Source of the DNA: Craspedostauros australis
Lineage: Eukaryota
Direction: 5' to 3'
Assembly (NCBI GenBank): GCA_030167865.1
Contig: JALAGF010001806.1
Span: 1-42,786, forward strand
Length of the DNA: 42,786 bases
The notes below the pieces were generated by a model. That model was not told the origin of the DNA. It saw only the letters and a list, made by a program, of their open reading frames with translations, and did not search any database. The position numbers and the translations under genes were made by a program. Every line of letters begins with the position of its first letter. Positions within the stretch are counted from its first letter, which is position 1. Shown here piece by piece: positions 1 through 11,399 of this stretch.

Positions 1-26
1 CTACTACTACTACTACTACTACTACT
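1..26. repeat. (CTA)n microsatellite at the window edge
   Basis: The sequence opens with ctactactactactactactactact. Confidence 0.9.
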
Positions 27-853
27 CTGACGAGAACGTGCATTGAGCGAAAGGGCGAGTGTGCATGGCATTGGCGAGCCAAGTTGTGAAATGGAGCGAA
101 CGTGTGGCGCGAATTTGCGAAATGATGGAGATGATGTGTTTTGTGTGATGTGTTTTGTGTCATCTGTTTTGTGACGAGCAGAATGTGGAATCAGGTGCCA
201 CATGCTAACGTGTAATTAACGCGTACCAAACGACTGAGACCTTCGGAAGCAAGTCCGTGACTGACCACCTCACGATAAATACATGAGAACATGATAGAAC
301 CTTCTGCCAACAACAACGGGTTTTGTGTGGTTGGATCCACATGACTAGAATGAACACATTGATTGGTGCATAAAACGTAAAATAAGCTTTACTAAGCACT
401 GAAAAGGTGACATGTACATAAAGAGACTACAAGGATTGCGAATATGTGCTTAGTTTAAAAATCCCAGAAATCCGATTAGACTCTTCATTTCAAACGATTG
501 GTCGACTCACTGATCGGGCTCTTATGAGATCTTTCGTGAGTCTGTTCGTGGAGATGTTTGTGCTTGCGTTGTGCTGATGTTGGGAATGGCAGTGATGTGT
601 CCACATCGACGCGAACAACATGCTGTCTGGCTTTGTTGGTTGCACCTTTGCAGATGCCTGTATCCCTTGCGTGTTGTCGCCTCGATCTTTTTGCTTGATT
701 CGTTGAGTCTTGGAACGAACTTTGCGTCGGAGGCATGTCCAAGAAGTGATCGTGCTTGTCAATTTGACATCATCGACTAAAACAGAAAGCAAAGAACGAC
801 CTTTTCGGCGAAACAGTCATGTTTGTGTGAATCACGCACAAGAGGCTGAAAAT

Positions 854-862
854 GGCGGGAAA
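854..862 (-). promoter_or_regulatory. E2F-type site (TTTCCCGCC on the minus strand) about 320 bp upstream of the BRCT gene ATG
   Basis: GGCGGGAAA at 854-862 exactly matches the TTTSSCGC E2F consensus. Function is inferred only. Confidence 0.4.
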
Positions 863-1181
863 TCGAAATCTTGGTGTTTTTCGTTTTGTGTGAGGCAGAG
901 AAAGAGAGAGGCGAGGATCACTCATCATGTGTCCACATCCTCTCTCTCTTGTCTCCATGTGCATTCCAGAGAGAGTGTAAAGTAGATCGTACCACGCATA
1001 CCAGTAAGAGGGAGAGCAACATAAGCATTCGTCCAAGTAAAGCTGTGCAGCACCGCACAGTCCGAATGTCAACTTGGAGAAGCACAGCCGTTCGAGCAGA
1101 AGAAGCCCGCAAGTGATGCGCCAAGCACAAATACTATACGAGTAGAGTGCATGAGAGCGTCGCAGCGAAGAATGAAACAGC

Positions 1182-4100
1182 ATGCCACGATTATTTGAAA
1201 CACCAACGAAGCGGAAGCGGTCGAACATGGGGACATACGCAAGCGCAGACGCAGACGCAGATGAGCATGGCGATGGTAGTGACAACGAGGACGGCCATGG
1301 TGGCTTCATCAACGGCCATCGTGGGATGAGCAACCATGGCAGCCAGCTGATGATGATGGCGGATGTCGAAGAAACGGGAGAGCGAACCATCCGCAAACGA
1401 CCGCGGCCATCCGCATGGAGCGTCTTGGACCAGGATGACGCCGGGCAAGATCACAGTATTGGGAGCACTGTGCAAGGTGGGAATGGAAGATTCGTTGATG
1501 GGATCGCGAGAAATGCAGCGGAGACTAGCTGCGATGGCGAAGGAATACGGCGCAATCGTCTCAGGGAAAGGAGGGAGCAAGGCAGGCATAGAGATGACTG
1601 GAATGATGGTTTCAATGACTATGATGACGACCTGATTGACAATCGTTCCACTTTGCTCAGCAACCACAGCCGCAACGGACACAGCTTGTTCAGCCAGCAG
1701 CCTCCGCCCGAGACACCGCCACGATCGGCCTCATCATCATCATCGCTCTCCGCCCGTTCGAAGCTTCGGAAGACCAACCTATTCCCACCACTGGTGCAAA
1801 CGCCTCCGACTCACAGCAGGAGCATCGACAGAAGCTCGAGATCAGCGTCGCTATTCAAGATCGTCGAAGAAACCAAGGCAGCCAGGTCTTCTCTTCATGA
1901 TATTGCTGATTCTGCAGCTACTCTTGACTCAATGGATAGATCCAAAGCCCGGGTCGCTGCGAATGCTGACACATATGAACCGACCCAGGTGGCGTCACAG
2001 ATTGGCCAATCGGTCCGTTCGTTGTTTGGTTTCATCTCCAACGTCAAACTGAACGTCGATTCAGAAGGAACCAAACGGCACCAAACAGCTCAGCACGCAC
2101 ATGCCTCACACTCTTCGTCCTCGCAACACCAACGCCAACAACAGCAGCAACACCAACAACAGCATCAGCAACGACAACCGCAACAACCACAATCACAATC
2201 GAAGCCATTGCAAGGCGTGGTGGCTTGTCTCACAGGGTTCTCCGCAGAAGAGAAAGAATTGCACCATGCATTGATCGAGAAGCTGGGTGGAAGGTAAGTC
2301 CTCTCTGTCACATGCTGTGGGTATGCTACGAGCACATTTCATCATGTTACCCTCTCGACAGTATCTCTACAGAGTATTGGTATGCGGTATACCATACACT
2401 ATGCGCCTTGTTTTCACTTGCACATGCCTACATATGATGCGACCTGCGATTCTAAGCGCATCGGCCGTGCGCATCACGCGCCTATGAATTCGTGTCCAAA
2501 ACACCGAACAACTCAAACAAAATTTTCGTCGATGCATCGATGCAATCGCATGACACAACATCATCGCATGTTCCAGATTCACGAGAGATCTATCGGCAGA
2601 GGAAAACACGCATCTCATCGCACCTCAACGCAACTACATTGCGAACGCAAAATCATTCGCATCATCGCCATCCGGGCAAGCAACCAACGCAAATCATGAA
2701 CTGCTCGGCCCCAAACTGAAGCTAGCATTTTCCACATCGCGCATGCACGTTGTGGTACCAGACTGGTTGCAAGCTTGCGATCGATGTCACGAACGTGTGG
2801 ATGAAGTCATGTACGCCGTTTGGACCTTGCCCGACGAACGCAGTGTGCCATGGAGATCGGCGCAAAAGTTGAATCAGCAGCTGACGGATGGCTGTCGCTT
2901 TCTATCGACGGCTCAACGCAACATCGCATCCGACACGGTGGGTGGGAGATTTATCAAAGCACGGCGCTTTCTGTTCGTTGATTGCCAATTTGTTTTGCTG
3001 GGATTTGGGGACAACAGCGGAACGGATCTCGCCGATCCAACCAACACGGACACAAATGATTCCTCACTCCGCAATGGCGGCGACGATCAGCTGGCCTCCG
3101 TCAACTGTGACGCGATGCCACCGACATCAGTCACCATGAACATCAAGAACAAGGCTTCAAGACTGATCCGAAGTGGCATGGGAACAATATTTTGGAACCA
3201 CGAGTACCCGGATATCACGCATGTAATTGTCAACGATACGGCTTCTGCAGACGATCGGTACGTACGATCATGGTGCAAATCCGCGTGCTTGAGCCCACCA
3301 TCCGTGCCTTTCAGCCATTGAATACAGAGGCCATATGTACGTGCAAGTAGGAGTACTTGCAAATGGCTTTGCATGCTCACGACAAATATGCCAAACTTCT
3401 GCCTTTGACACTACTCCACATACGGGTATACCTGATGTACTCTGACTCCTATCCTCCATCCTGCTTGTCAACCACGTAGCAAGCTGGCACAGGATGTCTG
3501 CAAAAGGCATCGCAGCCAGCTCGCCGTGGTTTCGGCTCGATGGGTTTTGGATTGCTGGAAGTACAACCGGCTTCTCCATTCCAAACACTATCCGCCGGTG
3601 AAGATTCGGTTGCCATCTAGGTATGTCGCTGCGACGAAAACTTCGACAACAGCAGTGAGGGCATCAAAGCTACATCAGTCGCAAATTACGAAGAGGACTT
3701 CGAGCATCTTCCGAGGTTGCATGTTCTGCATTATCCGCGTGGGCCCATCAAAATCCACTGCAACCGGGGCGATCCCAGGAAAAGCACCAGCAATGGCAAC
3801 AACGAAATCGAAAGAGCGTTCACGAAGTACGGGGGGAAGGTCGGCAAGTGCTGGAGGCATGGATTCAGCGAGCAGAAAGGCAACAGATAACTCCCCGATG
3901 GATCCAGAATCTGGATTCTTGGATTGGAATCCGGGAGACATCGAAAAAATGGTCAAGCAGAACGGTGGCCGGATGATGTCAGTCACCATTCTGAATGCGC
4001 TCAAGTCCGATGCCAGCAAGCACAACAAGGAGGTTGCTTTGGCCCAGCAGACCAGCCAACAGACAGCAATCGATGCGTTGACCAAGAAACCCAAGCGACC

Positions 4101-4671
4101 GTTGTATGTTGTGTTTTGGGGGAGCAACGGTCTGCCATCATCCCAAAAGCGGCAATACGAAACTATCCATCCGCAGCTCGCCCCGATGATGAAGAATGCA
4201 CTTGTCAAGGTGATTTGGACAACCCCGCTGTGGCTGCAAACATGCACGACGCTGCAAAAACGCATGTCCCCAGATCGGATGCCAATGTTGTGGAAGCCTC
4301 AAGCTTGGGCTCAGCGCCCCCTCGAATGGAGAAAGTCTGTGGTAGCTCGAAGATCGAGTTCTGGTAAGGACCCTAGACCGACGAAACTGATACTGCCGCG
4401 GTTCTGCGTTGCCTTATCTGGCTTCAGCGAGACAGAACGCGCAGCGCTTCTCGTCCTGATGCAAGATGGCTGGAACATCGAAGTGACCAACGACATGACG
4501 CCTCGCAACACGCATCTGGTGTGCAAGGAGGAAGGCAGCGCGAAGTACAAGAAGGCAGTGGAATGGAAGCTGCGCATAGTCTCCATCGATTGGCTGTACC
4601 ATGTCGTGCAGTTCGGGTATTGCGGCGAGGCCAGCAACAGCGATGGTTGCGAGAGTGACTTCAAGATGTGA
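1182..4671 (+). CDS. Multi-BRCT scaffold protein, TopBP1/Rad4(Cut5)/Dpb11-like, about 994 aa, 3 exons
   Basis: Exons 1182-2293, 2577-3257 and 3480-4671; introns GTAAGT..CAG (283 bp) and GTACGT..TAG (222 bp) join in frame. Four BRCT-like units are visible: PLQGVVACLTGF..LGGRFTRDL..THLIA..VVPDWLQAC; LFVDCQFVLLGF..ITHVIV..VSARWVLDCW; IFRGCMFCII..NGGRMM..TPLWLQTC; VALSGFSETER..THLVC..KYKKAVEWKLRIVSIDWL (resembles TopBP1 BRCT5). The N-terminus is long, disordered and contains polyQ. Confidence 0.8.
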
Positions 4672-5685
4672 GGTTGGAGAACAAGGGAAATACATGTCCA
4701 CGAATGCAGATGCAGATACAGATTCAGCTGTGCAATGTTGCATGACAATATACATGAAGGGAAAGGAAGTTTGATAGTATAGCATGTAGCATGGCGATTG
4801 GGCATGGAGTGGGCATTGATGGATTTTGATCGAGCAAAGGTACATATGGAGTATGGTATTCTACTAACATGGGACGCCACCACGATCATACTATAGTACG
4901 CGCACCTTGTGGCGCTTCACAACAGCATCCAAAATGGTACAATAGATCGAGGATGCAGCCGATCCAGATGGTTGGCAACCCAAGCCACGAGCTCGAAGTA
5001 CGCAGAATGTGACGCAGTGCCACCATCGCGAGCCTCTTTGACATTTGGCAAGATCGCTCGAATCACACAGAGCTCTTCGTCGTGGTTTGGAGAGCGCTTG
5101 TTTTTATCGTTCCATGTTCCACGCGTGATGCGGTCGCACAAGCAGTGGCGGTTGTTTTGTATGGTCCGCATGCACAAGCCTCATTCTCATCAATCGTCAT
5201 TGCTGGTCGAGCAGCACAAGTCCTGCTGTTGCCATTTTCCGTGTAGATACGCACACTCGCGTGCGCTGTGGTCATGCTCTACTCCACTTGTATTTGTGGC
5301 TGTGTCTGCAAGCATCGCTGGTAGGTACCCATGCTTCGTTTCGTACTTGTACCGTCTTCATGGTTGTGGCGACCGCTCCAAAATGTGAGAGCACAAGCGT
5401 TCGCAGAGTTTGCACGAGTGGGGAATCGCGGGACTGATTCATGACGATCGCGGGAATGGACAGATGATAGGACTCGAATTTCTCCGCCTGCGAAAGAGAA
5501 AGATAATTGCGTTTTCCCGCAACTTTCTTCATCTTTGGAATTGTAACTGTCATTTTTGCAAGGATTGATGGGTGCTGCTTGCCGTCGCAGAACACCCGCC
5601 TGCTCCCACCACCAAGTCGTCTGCGGAGCGTGATCACGATGGCCAGAATGATGAGCCGTCTGGTTCCAAGTTCTGAATTTTGCTT

Positions 5686-6828
5686 TTAGTTCTTAAGGAT
5701 GTTGGTGGTGCGAGCAATCTCCATTTCACCCCAGCGCGACTTGCCGGCCTTGGCGGCATCCACAACGTGCCGATTGCGTCGGTCGAAGTACTCCTTGTTC
5801 TTGGCGAGCTGCGGGTCGATGGCCCCGCCCGCAGGTGCCGGTGCTGCCTCAGCGCCACCCGAAAGAATCGCAGCACCGACATTGACGACATCCTTTCCAA
5901 GCGCCACCCGTTCGGCCAATGTGTATCCACCGACGCCACCATCGGCACGCAGTCCGTGATCGGCTGCCTCCACTTCGGGCGGCACGACGAGTTCGGATGT
6001 GCTGGATGCGACAGGCGCCGGGGCGGGTGCTGCTTCCTTCTGCTCTTCCTTGGCTGCTGGTGGTGCTGCGGCGATCTTCTTCTCCTCCGTCTTGGCTGGT
6101 TCCGCAGACGCCTCCGGCTTCAACAGCTTCATCTGCTCCTCATATTTCTGCGTAATTCGCAACTCAGCAACACGGACCGCTTCGACCTTTTGCTGATGGG
6201 CCTCGACGATGTATTTGGCCATGAACTGTTGGTAGGCCAGCAGCTTGGTGGCAACCTCATCGGTGCTGACTGCAGGGGGTGCTGCGCTGCCGGCAGTGGT
6301 GCTCAATGCGCCGACCTTTTCCTTCAAATCACTGACTTCCGATCGCAATGCCTGCGCAGGATTGAGAGTGACACGTTCGGCGTTATGTGTGACGCGATGC
6401 GATCATGTTCCAACGCAACGCAATCCAATGGAACCGCCGTTGTCGTCGTATCGACAAAAAGGATGATGGAAAATGGATCAGAAATGCAGGACGGAACAAG
6501 CGCAAATGACATCAAATTCTGGTCCACAACCAAGACGACAGAGCCAACCATCAAAGGGACGACTGCATCGCGCATACACCACATCAAGCATTCATGCAGC
6601 GACTGAGCGGAGTGGCCGACATACCGAGATCTCCGCATTCTTCGTCTGCTCAACCTCTGCCACTGCTCGGAGCTTGTCCTCGTGGGCGCGGACCAAATAC
6701 TCCGCCGCAAAGGTGTTTTCCGTTGACTGCAATTGCGTGGTGACTGCCGATCGGCAGTTGCTCAGTGTGAATGCATCTGTGGACGCCGATGCGATGGTGG
6801 CGAGGAGGACGGAGAGATGGAACTTCAT
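5686..6828 (-). CDS. Uncharacterised plastid-targeted protein with two helical repeats and Ala/Pro linkers, about 289 aa, 2 exons
   Basis: Exons 6828-6625 and 6351-5686; the intron GTATGT..CAG (273 bp) joins EIS|ALRSEV in frame. The N-terminus MKFHLSVLLATIASASTDA|FTLSNCRSAVTTQL is a signal peptide with +1 Phe (ASAF-type) followed by a transit peptide, typical of complex red-lineage plastids. Confidence 0.8.
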
Positions 6829-7340
6829 GGTGGATCGATGGATGGATTTGGATTGGATGTGACGAGTTGGATGGGTTGAATGGAATCTGCGGTGCAGCTA
6901 TGATGTGCCGGTGTGGTCTGTTGCGAAAGTGTCCTTTTCCGCCGACAAGCCGATGGCAGATGGTCTGTTCGTCGGGAACTTTTTGTTGCAACGCGATCTC
7001 TCGCTCTCTTGTGCCCGATGTTTCGAAGAGCAACGACGAACAACACGTTCGTCTCTTCAGCAACTTTTCGTGGAGCGAACTGAACAGAAATGGAGAAGAG
7101 TGGTGGCTGTTGATGCAAGTGACATCTTTCCCTCTGTGCCAACTTCCAGATGTTGACTCGTTTGACTCTAGTCTGTGGATGCAACTGGATCACCGAATCT
7201 TGTTGATCGGGAAAACACGAACTTCTTCCACGCCTGCTCGGCACGAAAATGCACGATCACGCTTCGTTGCCTTCCATGGGGCGATGCGTTACTTGGAAGT
7301 ACGACTGTGGTACTAATAGTCGTACGTGGAGCAGTGGAGC

Positions 7341-7377
7341 GCAGTGCAGTGCAGTGCAGTGCAGAGTAGAGTAGAGT
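7341..7377. repeat. (GCAGT)n/(AGTAG)n pentanucleotide microsatellite
   Basis: gcagtgcagtgcagtgcagtgcagagtagagtagagt. Confidence 0.85.
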
Positions 7378-7560
7378 GCGTAGATTTTAGTGCGCGTGAA
7401 CATGTATGCTGCTCTAGAGTATGATACTATAAGCATGGCATGTTGATTATAGTGTTCATATTCTAGGCAACAATGTTACAAATAGTAGTGTATGCAGTTG
7501 AGTAGCTCGAAGAGCACCCGATCCCATGAATCCCCGCGAGAGTTTTGTTGGGCAAGACCA

Positions 7561-9036
7561 TCAACGGAGGGCTCCAAAGAGCGACACCACGATGGAGATC
7601 AAAGTACCCAGCCCACCCGCACGAAGTTCGTCCGCGGAGATCATGTTCCCCTGGTCTCCCGCCAGCATGAGCTGGGAGACAAACAGCATGAACGCCTGCA
7701 TCCAAAGCAAGGGCTTCAAGTCTTCCGCCTCGAAGAAGCGGAGGCCGATGCCCAGCAGAACCGCAACCAGGAACATGTCGCACAGTGCCATCGAGGAGAT
7801 GTTTTGGTATGCGAGGCTGTTGTAAATTGCAGAGAGGATAGATAGTATAATAGCAATTATGGAGAGATGGAAAACATGATCCACAGGTGCACAGAACAAT
7901 GGTTGGGTGTGAGTACGGAGATGGTCAAGTGTGTTGGACAAGTGCGCTGGAGAAGTGCGATCACTTGTCCTTTCATCCGTAGTCCGCACTTCTCCAGGGT
8001 CAACAATGCAGAATCTACCGAATCAAGAAGTTCAATTCCCACGCAAGCGCCGTTGCGTTTGCGCTCGTAATTGTGCCTGTGATTGCCACCAAGAGCGTGT
8101 TGTTCCTTACCTGCTGCGGTCCCCAAGATACGCGGTCGCTCCATCCTGCGAGGGAGCATCACCAAACGACATGCTGTGCACTCGCAGCACCGTCGACACG
8201 ATCTGCGCACCCACCGCCACCTGCGTGATGGACACCTTGCCACGACGATCATAACTGCTGGTCGTCAGTTTGCGTGGCAGGAAGATGGATGCGGGGCGGG
8301 TGTTCTCCATCTGGTTGGTGTACCTTGCGATCACCAGGAGGAAGACGCCGTACAGGCTCACTTGGAGCATCGCCAAGGATTCGTGGATGATGTGGACGGA
8401 AAAGAGGCCTTCGATGGTGTACACGAGCATGATGAAAGCACCAGTGTATGCGACGGTGGTTTGGACGGGTGCAAACTTCGTTGCCACGTAGATCATGGCA
8501 GCGTACAGTGCTGCGACATGACAATGCGCGAAGGAGAACCAGTTGGTGATCCAGTCCTCATCCTCTGTGCATGAATCCCGATTCCTGCAGGCACGCCGAC
8601 ATCGTCATCGTCGTGAGTGTCGTCAGTATCGTCAGTGTGAGTTCCAATTTAGCCATTAGAAGGCGAGGAAAGAAATGAGACGGAACGCAGGCGGTTCAGC
8701 CAGAATAGAGTACGATAACGCATGAGTAATAGGATGTCAAGAAGAAGCAAGAATGAAGAGCATGCACGGCATCCTCTTGCATTGTGTTGCACAAGCGCAG
8801 CAGATGACTGCTGCAGAGGACGGCTCCATGGATATCAGCAAGTGGATCACGTGGTAGAATACGTACCAGAACAAGCACCGTCGCCCATTGTACGGTGTCA
8901 GCAACAGCCCATTGACACCGCAATGACACGCGACGAGCATGCACACCAACAGAAGCGGTGACACCTCATCGATCCCAATGTCGGTGACTCGTTTGCCGCT
9001 CTCGATAGTCGGCGTCTTCACTGCGGGTGTTGCCAT
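7561..9036 (-). CDS. Uncharacterised multi-pass membrane protein (about 7-8 hydrophobic segments), about 299 aa, 3 exons
   Basis: Exons 9036-8867, 8584-8111 and 7816-7561; introns GTACGT..CAG (282 bp) and GTAAGG..CAG (294 bp) give a continuous 900-nt frame (RRCLF-W-NRDSCTEDEDWITNW...; GDRS-S-LAYQNI). Several hydrophobic helices are present. I do not recognise the family. Confidence 0.7.
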
Positions 9037-9517
9037 TGTTGCGATTGGTGCGTGTGATTGCAGAGTACTCTATACGCAATAGATGTGGCAGTTGCGATGG
9101 CGTCAAGCAATAATGTGATGGAGTGCTGTGCAATCACCACGGCTGGCATTTCCCTCTTTCTCATGTTGGTGTCATCGTTCTCCCATTTCTTTGTTTGTGG
9201 TGATGGCAAATTTGAATTTTTGAATGTGGATTGCGGTTTTCCGTGTTCTTGTCCGAGAATATGTTTGTCCGTCCTCTCTTGATCATCGTCCTTGAACAAG
9301 AAAGGGGGACAGATCCGTTCGATAAACTAAGTGACGAAAGGGGGCACAGAGCGCAAGGAGACTAGACATCTTCACTCTTCTATTAGTACGGGAATGTATG
9401 GTACCATACGAGCACTTCTCTCTCTGAAAATGCAATAGAATGCACACACATTCTCCGATCGATGAGTATCATAATTGGAGTTTCGTATTCTTTCGTCATG
9501 GAACAACTATGACATCG

Positions 9518-10897
9518 CTACATTTGTGTTTCGATGTATGTCAGGAAGGACAACGAGATGCCTTCCTCTGTCGTGTCCTCTGGCGGGTGCGTCCCAACCC
9601 ACCGCAAGTACTGCTTCTGCAACCGCCGCAACTCGGGGAGCGAGACGGTGCGTCTGTGATCCAGCGTGTATGCCTTGCCATTGAATGAGAGCACGAGCTT
9701 CCCACCCGTGTGGCTGGATTGCGCCAACGAATAAGCCGACACCAGTTTGCGTGTGATCGCGTCCATGTTCTGCAGGGCGTTAGCATTGCTGGGAATGTGC
9801 TGCCGTGTGGAGAGTCCTTGGGTGAGGGCGCGGGTGTTGACCAGAAATGCTTCGAGAATGTCATCCAGCTGCTCTTCGAGCGATTTGGCCGGCTCCTTTT
9901 TGGTTGGGCTGAGCGAGTCATCCTTAACCTTAGTATCTGACTTGCTGACGGGTGATGGTTCAGTCGAGGCTGAAGGAAGACCTGATGCAGGTGTGGATGG
10001 AGGCGCATCTTGTGCAGACGCCAAAGGTGTCTTTGTTGCACCATCGCTCGCATCTGTGGAGGCCATGCTGCTTTCGTTTTCGGCAGGTTTCGATGCAGCT
10101 TTCTTCTTTTTGATTCGCTGGAATGCGCTGCGCTTTGGCTTTGACTTTGTTTTCTTCACTGTGACGTTGTTCCCACCATTCGCGTTCGCCTGCGTCTGAG
10201 TGAATTTGTTGCTTGCCCCAGATGCGGCACTATCATCTTTGCGGTTGAGATTGTCTTCCAAATCATGCATGTTGTAGACGCTCCTGCGCAACGCATCCAA
10301 CGCAGCATCGTCGGCGGTGTTGGTTCCTGTGATGTTGGCAGCGTCTGCCTCCTGTTGGGATGGCTGCTGCGACAGCAGCTTCCGTCCGATCGCAGACATG
10401 TCGACCTTGAACAACGGCTTGTCCCATCGGTTCCTCTCGTCCGGTGGTTCGTACCGTGCCATGAGTTCTCGCAGCAACGCTGGATCGTACTTTTGCGTGG
10501 CGTCCCTGTCGCTGGCGTTGTTCCACGCCTCGATGATGGCCGGATGATTAAGCACCCACAGCACGCCATGCTTCTCGCTGGATGCCTTCGAGATGCAATG
10601 CAATTCGTAACGGAACCCTTTGATGTAGTTGAGCGAATCCAGGATGACTAACGTGGAATCCGTCGACGAATGCCCGCCGACGCTGCGATCAAAGGCCGAC
10701 TTCAGGGCCGCGCGCGTCTTCTTTTCTGCCAGCGCGGATTCGAAGCATTGCGTCTTGGTCCATTTGGGGCATGCCGATTCCTCGTTGATCAGCACCACAT
10801 TCTCGATCGACTTGTGTTTCAAGGCTCGTTCTTTCACAAGATGAGCAACGTGCGTCTTGCCAGCACACGGATGGCCAGTGATGATGAGGCACGGCAT
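9518..10897 (-). CDS. KTI12: KTI12, Elongator-associated P-loop (PSTK-like) tRNA-binding ATPase, 459 aa, single exon
   Basis: P-loop GHPCAGKT, then EKKTRAALKS, ILDSLNYIKGFRYELHC, RYEPPDERNRWDKPLF and C-terminal SLPELRRLQKQYL, all KTI12 hallmark motifs. Confidence 0.95.
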   Translation of the reverse strand: MPCLIITGHPCAGKTHVAHLVKERALKHKSIENVVLINEESACPKWTKTQCFESALAEKKTRAALKSAFDRSVGGHSSTDSTLVILDSLNYIKGFRYELHCISKASSEKHGVLWVLNHPAIIEAWNNASDRDATQKYDPALLRELMARYEPPDERNRWDKPLFKVDMSAIGRKLLSQQPSQQEADAANITGTNTADDAALDALRRSVYNMHDLEDNLNRKDDSAASGASNKFTQTQANANGGNNVTVKKTKSKPKRSAFQRIKKKKAASKPAENESSMASTDASDGATKTPLASAQDAPPSTPASGLPSASTEPSPVSKSDTKVKDDSLSPTKKEPAKSLEEQLDDILEAFLVNTRALTQGLSTRQHIPSNANALQNMDAITRKLVSAYSLAQSSHTGGKLVLSFNGKAYTLDHRRTVSLPELRRLQKQYLRWVGTHPPEDTTEEGISLSFLTYIETQM

Positions 10898-11197
10898 GCT
10901 TTAGTTCTCCGTCCTTGCTCTGTGCATCTGCGTGCGTGCGTGCGTGCGTGCGTGTGTGTGCATGTGCTCCTCCAATCTACTCTGCTCGTACGGCAGTAAA
11001 CTGTCGGGAGCATCCGTAGCGGGACGTCATGGTCGATGTGTTTCTGTTTGTTTCTGTTTCTGTTTGCGTCTCCGTTTGTGTTTCTTCGTCTCATCCATTG
11101 TTTCGAAGTTGTCAGTCATGGTTTGAATCACGAACTTGTCGAATGAATGGTTGTGACCTTTCACGGTGGAGTCGAATTGATCGACATTCGATACATT

Positions 11198-11246
11198 TTT
11201 GGCGCCAACCACAATCCCACCAACAAAGACCCAGCATCGCGCGAAA
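11198..11246. promoter_or_regulatory. Two E2F-like sites in the divergent KTI12/PHPT1 promoter
   Basis: TTTGGCGC at 11198-11205 and GCGCGAAA (TTTCGCGC on the minus strand) at 11239-11246 lie in the ~500-bp head-to-head spacer. Confidence 0.3.
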
Positions 11247-11399
11247 TCAGCCTTTATTTCGCAAGACCACAAATCGACCTCGCCCAGCGGCACCCACTAC
11301 TCACTGCTCACTGCTCATCAACTCACCAACGCACCAAGGCACCAAGGCATCAAGGCACTAATTCTTTAGAAAGAATAAACAGCGCTGTCATCATCGGCC

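Noticed and set aside
5680..6606. 308-aa plus-strand ORF, and similar long antisense or off-frame ORFs such as 12365-13186, 14349-15233, 16995-17897 and 31969-32625
   Set aside because: These are shadow ORFs overlapping well-supported genes. Stop codons are scarce in this TpA-poor sequence, and the translations show no recognisable motifs.
8737..8866. Possible GC-AG donor or longer first exon of the 7561-9036 membrane gene
   Set aside because: A canonical GTACGT donor at 8866 joins in frame to the 8584 acceptor, so a non-canonical site is not needed.
9211..9224. Tandem TTTGAA (CHR-like) upstream of the orphan membrane gene
   Set aside because: There is no cell-cycle link for that gene. It shows that TTTGAA also occurs as promoter background, which tempers the LIN54/ROD inference.
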